60,546 nt of DNA from Intoshia linei. Its lineage: Eukaryota; Animalia; Orthonectida. The notes beneath the pieces were generated by a model. The model was not told the DNA's origin and made no database searches. It worked only from the letters and a program-made list of their open reading frames with translations. The DNA is taken from positions 1 through 60,546 of the forward strand of contig LWCA01000071.1 of NCBI GenBank assembly GCA_001642005.1, in the 5' to 3' direction. A program made the position numbers and the translations under genes. Every line of letters starts with the position of its first letter. Position 1 is the stretch's first letter. Below, in pieces: positions 53,780 to 60,546 of this stretch.

Positions 53780-56700
53780 CTACTGTTGATTTCGACACGC
53801 GTCGTCTTGTGGTAGTATATCTTCAATCATAGAAATATAACTTCAAATTATAATGTAAACCTTGTTATAGTTTACAAAAAATTTATTAATAGTATATACT
53901 GGAAACATATTCCATTTTTACAATTATTAAATAATAATATATATTGGAATATTGAAATTCAATATTAAATCTTTTTTTGAGAAACACTGAATTAAATTTG
54001 TCTAAATTTAATTAATTTGGAACAAGAGTTGAATCTAATCAAATAAAAATTAACGTAAAATACAACCTCTGATTACCAGATGAATAAGAAAATTCTCCTT
54101 CGTTGACTGATTCGGTGAGCCATTCACACGTAGAAATACTCTGTATAGAAGAATATGTTTCGATGGATGGTTCTTTAAAATTTTCATGTTCATCTTGTAA
54201 ATTAATGATTTGGTGGCCGCTAAAATGTAAAGTATTAATAAATTGTATACGTATTGTGTACAATGTACATCACAGAACAGTAACTCAACGACAGATTTTA
54301 TTATCATATATTTTCCTACATATTTAAAACTTTATTATGTACAAAAAAAGAATTTTCCATTATTTATGAAAAGTGTCAAAAAATATATTATACTTGTCCT
54401 AAATTTGTTGAATAGTCATGTAACACAGGGCTGGGATCGGGAAACATTACTACGCTTTATATGTTACATCTTACAAATTTTTATTAATGGTGTAATTAAA
54501 ACTATATATGTTTACAAAAAAATTACATTGGAATAATTTTAATTGGCTTAACATTCTCTACGGCAATAAAATCTTCGTGTATCTTTTCTTCTTCAACAAA
54601 ATCAGTTTGAATCGATTTTGGAAATTTAGAATTATTCTTTGCTATATGATTCAACATTGATTTTTTCATTTCAAAATTTTTAATGTTGTTTAAATTATAA
54701 TTCAATGGTTCTAAAGATTTAAAACTAAATGTAACTTTACACATTTTTTATATAATATCTATAACTGTGTGGTCTCAAATACACCCTTTGAGTATTTTCA
54801 TTTTATTTGCGTTTTTTTAAAAATGGGTAAAGGACTGGTTTGTCTTACAATAATAATTATAATTATAGAAATAAATAAATATTTTAAGTCCGCCATTTGA
54901 AATTTTTTTGATTTGGCAATTTGGTCAAAAAAGTGCCCACCTCTGTCATATGTAGAAACTTCCGCTTTCGTCAAAGTTAATTACTGTTTTGGGCAGTCAG
55001 GCTAGTTTTTTTTAGTTAGATTTTATTAATTTACATTTTTTAATAATATTAATTAACCAATTATTACCTTCATGCGTTTTTTGAATATAAACAATTTTTT
55101 GAGACTTTGTATATCTCTTTCTTTTGCAACAGTTGTTACAGTTTTTATTTTCACTCTTAGAATGTAATTTCTTTTTATTCATTTGAATTTTTACATTGAC
55201 TAAACTGATTGAACTTCGAATTTTACTGTCTATTGATTCAGTAGTTTGTAATCTAATTTATTTAGCATGTAAATAAATAAAAAAGCATAGGTTACGTTAG
55301 GTTGAAATTTTTTTTTAATTTTAATTTAGTGGTCAACAATTTTCATCTACCAGAACCCACTGTTAGCTTTCAGGTCCTGATTATAGTACACTAACAGGAC
55401 ATTACAAATAGGGTTGAAAAAAAATATCGACACAATTAGTAAAAATTATTTATTATTACAATTATTAGTAGTAATGTTATAATAATTGTATAATGGTGCT
55501 TAAATTTTTTTCCATTGAGTAAAAACGAATTATTCACATTAATGATTAACTGAAACAACAATCTGAATACACTATATACATGTTAATTCCTTGTTAACGC
55601 AATAATTTGTTCAGAAAAAAAATTTCATTCCTTTAGGATTTTTTTTGGAAAAACATTTTCGTCAACGGAATTTTTTATAATAATGTATGCATTACAAACA
55701 ATGGTTCCCGATTGAGGTCCGAAATTAAATGCCTGGGGTCCGTGAGATTCAAATAAAATATAGAAAAATTTTGATCAACTTTTGTTTATTTTTATAGGAG
55801 AATTTTTAATATTTATTACAGAGTTTCTAGATGTTGATTAACCCACATCCTAGACGACTGCTACATTATTATTTAAAAAATCCCCCTTTTATCCCACCAT
55901 TAATAAAATTTAATAAATAATACCATTTCCAGTCTTAAGGGAAAAATTTACTGTTATCGATATTTTTTTTGAAAAATCCACTTATTCAAACCACAAAATA
56001 AAAAATCCAATTTTACCATCATTTAAAAAAAAAATACCCTTTTTCCAAAATTTTTTTGAAAAACACAATTTTACCAAATGTTATGAGAAGAACCTCATAT
56101 TCCAGAACCAAAATAAAACTTCAATATTACCAACGCTTAAGAGAAATATCCTCTGTTTCCAATATTATACTGAAAAATCCAATTTTACCAAATCTTATGA
56201 GCAACAACATCCTTATTCAAAACCCAAACTAAAAAATTAAATTTTACTAAAACCCTATGATGAAAAATCTTTAATTTTTTCAACAATATTTTATATTTCA
56301 TGTTTCCCTTGTAGTCCACAACAATAAATATTTTGAAATGGGGTCCGTTCACTATTTGAACCGGGAACCACTGCATTAAAATAATGAAAAACTAAAAATA
56401 TTTTTATTTTCATTACACTTAACCTATATTTGCAAATCATTTCATTTCATATAATTAATAATCAACCATTATCATCATAAATCAAAAAGAAAATATAATT
56501 TTTCACGTATCTAAAGATTTTAATTTGAACCGAAAAAGCTTTAGTATAATTATGATGATATTAATTTTAAGTTAAAATTTAACGGAATTTTTGTACTTTA
56601 GAAAATTTCAGTCAGTTAATCAGGTATTTTTTTTCCGTTAACGAAGAATTCCGTCATAAAGGAATTTCGTTAAATAGGAATTAGCTTGTATTAAATAAAT

Positions 56701-59700
56701 ATTGATACGTTTCAGAATAAGGTCCGGTAAGTGTATCTGAATAGCTTTCAGTGCTTGATTCTTGGATTTTAATAGATTGAGCTTTAATATTCTCTGAATA
56801 ATTTATCATATTATCAATTTTTTTAAAATTTTCTTCATCTTTTTCAATGACACCAGTTTGAGAATCACTAACATCAGTCAAAAACGAATCACTGGAATAT
56901 TCAGTGTATTCATCCAAACTAGTTTCATTTGAAGTGTCCATTTTTTTTACATTTTCTTGTTGAGCCATTATTTCTTTAGAAATTTCTGTTTGTTTCAATG
57001 AATCATTTTTTCCTTCAACATGATAATTATAATTTTTTTGTGTCAAATTTTCCTTTTCTTTTAAAATTAGACTAGTTTTTTTAATTACTGCACTTTCCAC
57101 ATATTTTTCTATAATTTTATTATTCACATGTGTCAATTTTGTATTTGCAACTTTTTCTATTCTTAAATTTTCCAATTCTTTTGAAATTTCACCTTCAACG
57201 TTGCGGATTATTTCCTCATATCTATCATTTATATTTGGAGGATTTGCATAATCTTTTATTGATTTTATTAATTCTTTCACATTTTTGCAATTTAACAATT
57301 CCAAATTATTTTCATTTTCTACATATTTTAATGACATTTCATCACATTTTGTATCAATCGCTTTATTACATGTTTTTGTTTTTTTTTTATCAACGTTTAC
57401 GTTAATTTTTTTTTTTTCTAGGAATATTTTATTGTTTTAAGTTTAACATAGTGCACTGGTACCCAAAGCCGTCTTAAGTCACTTCGTGGCCCTGGGCTAA
57501 GCAAAGGACCGGAAGCCCTTTAATGTTTTGAACAAAGCAAAAAAGTATTTTCAAAAATTTTCGCACGAATCGATAAAAAAATTCGAGCTAAACAATAAAA
57601 AAATTTTAGGGCCTCTTTTTAGAAGCCCCTTTTTTGAAAATTAATACGAGAAAATCAAAGATTTTCTACTTTATTTTTTGAATATTCACTTAATAGAAAG
57701 GTTTTAATGTTTAATATTATCATTTGAAACAGTTTTTATGTCAATATTATATGATAAACATTGTAGAATATATTTTAAATTGAATATTTACCAGAACTTT
57801 GATTCTTTAAACTATTTTCTTTCTAGCTATTTGAATTCCCCACACTTCAAAACTTATAAACTGTTTCTTAAGATATAAATGTAAAGTATTTTTTAATAAA
57901 TTAGGGCCTCTTTTTAATGAGTGGCCCTGGGCTACAGCCCATATTGCCCATGCCTTAAAACGGCTCTGCTGGTACCCAAATACAGGTGGTGAACCAGTAC
58001 GTCTGTACGTCTGTGTTTAACCATTTAATTATAAAACGGACCGTCTCAATTTATAATTTCTCACATTTTAAAAATCAAATTCTCAGCCAATTTCAATTTC
58101 AGAAATTGAGTCCTGTAAGGTTAAAAACTACAATTGTTCTTTGTTTTTAAATTTCACCTCTTCCAAGAATTATAAAAAAATCACATTCTAATAAAAATAT
58201 AATACAAAAAATTTTAAATTCATCAATGTTATGATAATTTCCAATTTGAAAATCTTATATCTTGACGGCCAAAACCACAAAATACCTTTTTTATAAAAAT
58301 TAAAAAGTCCTAGAATTTGATACAACATAAATTCTGGGATGGTTTTAAAATTCATAAACATTATTATAAATGGTAACCTCACAAAAAGTAATTTTCACAG
58401 TCAAAAACCCAGATTACTCGATTAAACTAAATTACTATTAAACTAGATTTTTAAAAATGAAAATAGTCCTAAAATTTTAACAGTTATATCCAGTTAACAC
58501 ACATAAAAAATTTCAATTCGAATAAGTGACGACTTCACGGTCAAAAAAGCATTTTAGTATTCATATATTTTTTTCCGAAATATATTTTATTAAAACAATA
58601 ATGTGAAATAATTAACGGTCCGAAAGTTAAAAAAAAAATTATTCTGATCGAGCTTATTCCAATTGATATAAATACAAAATTTGAACTCCACAAATCTACG
58701 CATTCCCGGTGAAAAATAATTTTTAATATATTATCAACCAATATTTTTCAAATGTTGGATTAAAATACAAAATGAAAAAGTAAAATATTCATCCTACAAT
58801 TTCAAAAAAATTGTGAATTGAATGTCTACACATTTTCAATAAAGAAATATGGGTGGAAATCTATATAATTAATTCCTTCGGATTTTTTTTCATGCTACGC
58901 AATTTTTCATTCTCAAATACATGAACTCATTTTCAAAACATTTTCGACTCTAAAACTATAAATAACTATGAATAAAAATATGCCCTGTGCAGAACTAGGT
59001 ACTGCTTGTGCTAGTACATAACAGTCAACAGTATTGTCATAAAATTAAACATCAAAACCTTGAATCTTCAAGGTGAAAACCGAAAATTTGGTTTAAACTC
59101 ATACATTAATGATTTAATTAATTTTTAAAGTTTCAAGAATAAAAAGATTTGTAAACGAATAAATAAAACTAAAAAACCTTTTATCGATTTGCCACTATTA
59201 AAATCAACCCTAAATAAAATTTTAAAATTGATCTGTCAATCCAATAAATAATATCATGAAATAAAAATAAATGAATAAGAATTGAGTGTTTAATTATGAC
59301 ATTTGTGATATCATAAACGGGATTGAGAATAATTAAAATTTACCATTCTTTAATTAAATTTGACAAAAATTTTTGTCTTGTTGTTTTATCTTGTTTTTTG
59401 TCTTTTTTCGGTGGTATAGTTTGAGTAGCACAAGTAATAACCATTTTATTAACATTCTTATTATTCATAGTATAATCATCGTTATTATTATTATTAACAT
59501 TATTAAAATCATTTATCAATGATGAAGAATTAACCTTTCTATTAAATTTAGATTTACTTTGATTTCCATCCATCGTATTAAATTTATCATTTTTTTTATT
59601 TTGTTTATGTATTTTTTCAAAATTATCAAAATAATCTAAATTTACACTTTTCATTACATTTTTTGATATTGTTGGCTTTGTATTAAATTGATTTTTATAT

Positions 59701-60152
59701 TTTGTAGTTGAATCTACAAACATATTTAAATTTATTTAAATCCCAGAAAATTAAAATCTAAGAATGTCATAAACAAATACTAGTTGTAATACACAGGGAT
59801 AGTGCGCAACCTTAGCGAGTCGCGAGAGATTGAATTTTTTAGGCGTACTGAATTGTATTCTGAATTTTTGAATAATTAAATTATAATTTTTCTTAGAAAA
59901 GTTATTGGAAAGATGGTGTTAAATGTTTTTACTCCTGCAGGGATGTCGCTAAAAAAAAGCTTAAATACCAATAATTTTCACTTTATCATATTCCTTCAAT
60001 AACCGTGCACCAAGTTTCAATCTTTTTTTATAATTTTCGATATATAAATCTTCAGACATGGGAGCATTTGTAGTTTTGGTTGGTTTTGTTTTAAGGACTT
60101 TGGTTTGTTTTTTCTTTTTTAAATCCTTGCTTTTTGGTTTATATTCAATCTT
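53780..60152 (-). CDS. Multi-exon low-complexity/coiled protein, 5' end outside the window; candidate divergent TALPID3 (KIAA0586). Exons include 60152-59969, 59713-59344, 59209-59178, 57417-56709, 55252-55068, ~54734-54527, 54219-54077 and an uncertain last exon
   Basis: A phase-consistent GT-AG exon chain supports a gene. Its identity rests only on short motif resemblances (see findings). Confidence 0.65.
55699..56373. mobile_element. hAT-like MITE with internal AAAAATCCAATTTTACC-type repeats (related sequence at ~46020-46310 and ~47000-47480)
   Basis: TIRs CAATGGTTCCCG...CGGGAACCACTG; subterminal GGGGTCCG motifs. Confidence 0.7.
57464..57968. mobile_element. hAT-like MITE
   Basis: TIRs CAAAGCCGTCTTAAG / CTTAAAACGGCTCTG; perfect 8-bp TSD CTGGTACC (57456-57463 and 57969-57976). 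Confidence 0.85.
58090..59014 (+). mobile_element. Copy of the Helitron-like repeat with a possible 3' hairpin and CTAG end
   Basis: Same body as 52501-53615; ends CCCTGTGCAGAACTAGG (imperfect hairpin) ...CTAG|T at 59011-59014. Confidence 0.65.
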
Positions 60153-60239
60153 CTAAAAAAATGTAATTACCAAATTTTATAATAGGTGGTTTCAACGATA
60201 AAATGAGAGAATAATAATAAATAAACAAAATAAATTTCA

Positions 60240-60546
60240 ATCTCTCAAACTCACATTTTACGGGTCAAAAAGCCCAATTGTCTTTTTTTTGAAAATCAAA
60301 CGAGTTGAAATATTTAAAAAAATATATACTCTAATACTGATTTTAGAATCATAAATTTAAATTTAAAAAAATATATCTTCAGGGCCAAAACCACAAATTA
60401 CCCTTCTTTTTTTAATGAAAACAGCCCTAGAATTTAAAAAAATTTACAGGTGGTACAGTTGTATTCTGTTAACACACACAAAAAAATCCAAGCCAAATAA
60501 GTGATGACTTCACGGTCAAAAAAGCATTTTAGTATTCATATATTTT
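60240..60546 (+). mobile_element. Copy of the Helitron-like repeat, truncated by the window end
   Basis: Near-identical to about 52640-52955. Confidence 0.75.

Overview
Very AT-rich eukaryotic (metazoan) genomic DNA with spliced genes, many very short GT-AG introns (three are exactly 37 nt) and dense transposon relics. This pattern suggests a compact invertebrate genome such as an orthonectid (Intoshia-like); that assignment is inference only. Genes I could reconstruct by hand: FoxN2/3 (-), CEP41 (+, 6 exons), nucleoside diphosphate kinase (-, 3 exons), tRNA-Leu(CAG), PIG-M (+), a probably decayed SLC7/LAT amino-acid transporter (-) with a more degenerate relic behind it, Otx (+, 4 exons), an orphan 5-exon gene (-), GANP/SAC3 (-, 3 exons, about 1,730 aa), and a multi-exon gene (-) that may be a very divergent TALPID3. 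GANP's 6.5-kb intron hosts an antisense CENP-B/pogo HTH gene. Mobile DNA includes a Gypsy relic with an unexplained antisense ORF, hAT relics and MITEs with 8-bp TSDs, a Chapaev3-type relic, a Tc1/mariner deletion derivative, and about 10 copies of a Helitron-like repeat with ~133-bp internal subrepeats. I see no CRISPR array and cannot demonstrate a new biological system. The best leads are the nested CENP-B-like gene, the antisense ORF in the Gypsy relic, an isolated DEG/ENaC exon missed by the ORF track, the hAT insertion that duplicates a CEP41 splice donor, and the TALPID3 candidate. All homology calls come from remembered motifs; no searches were run.
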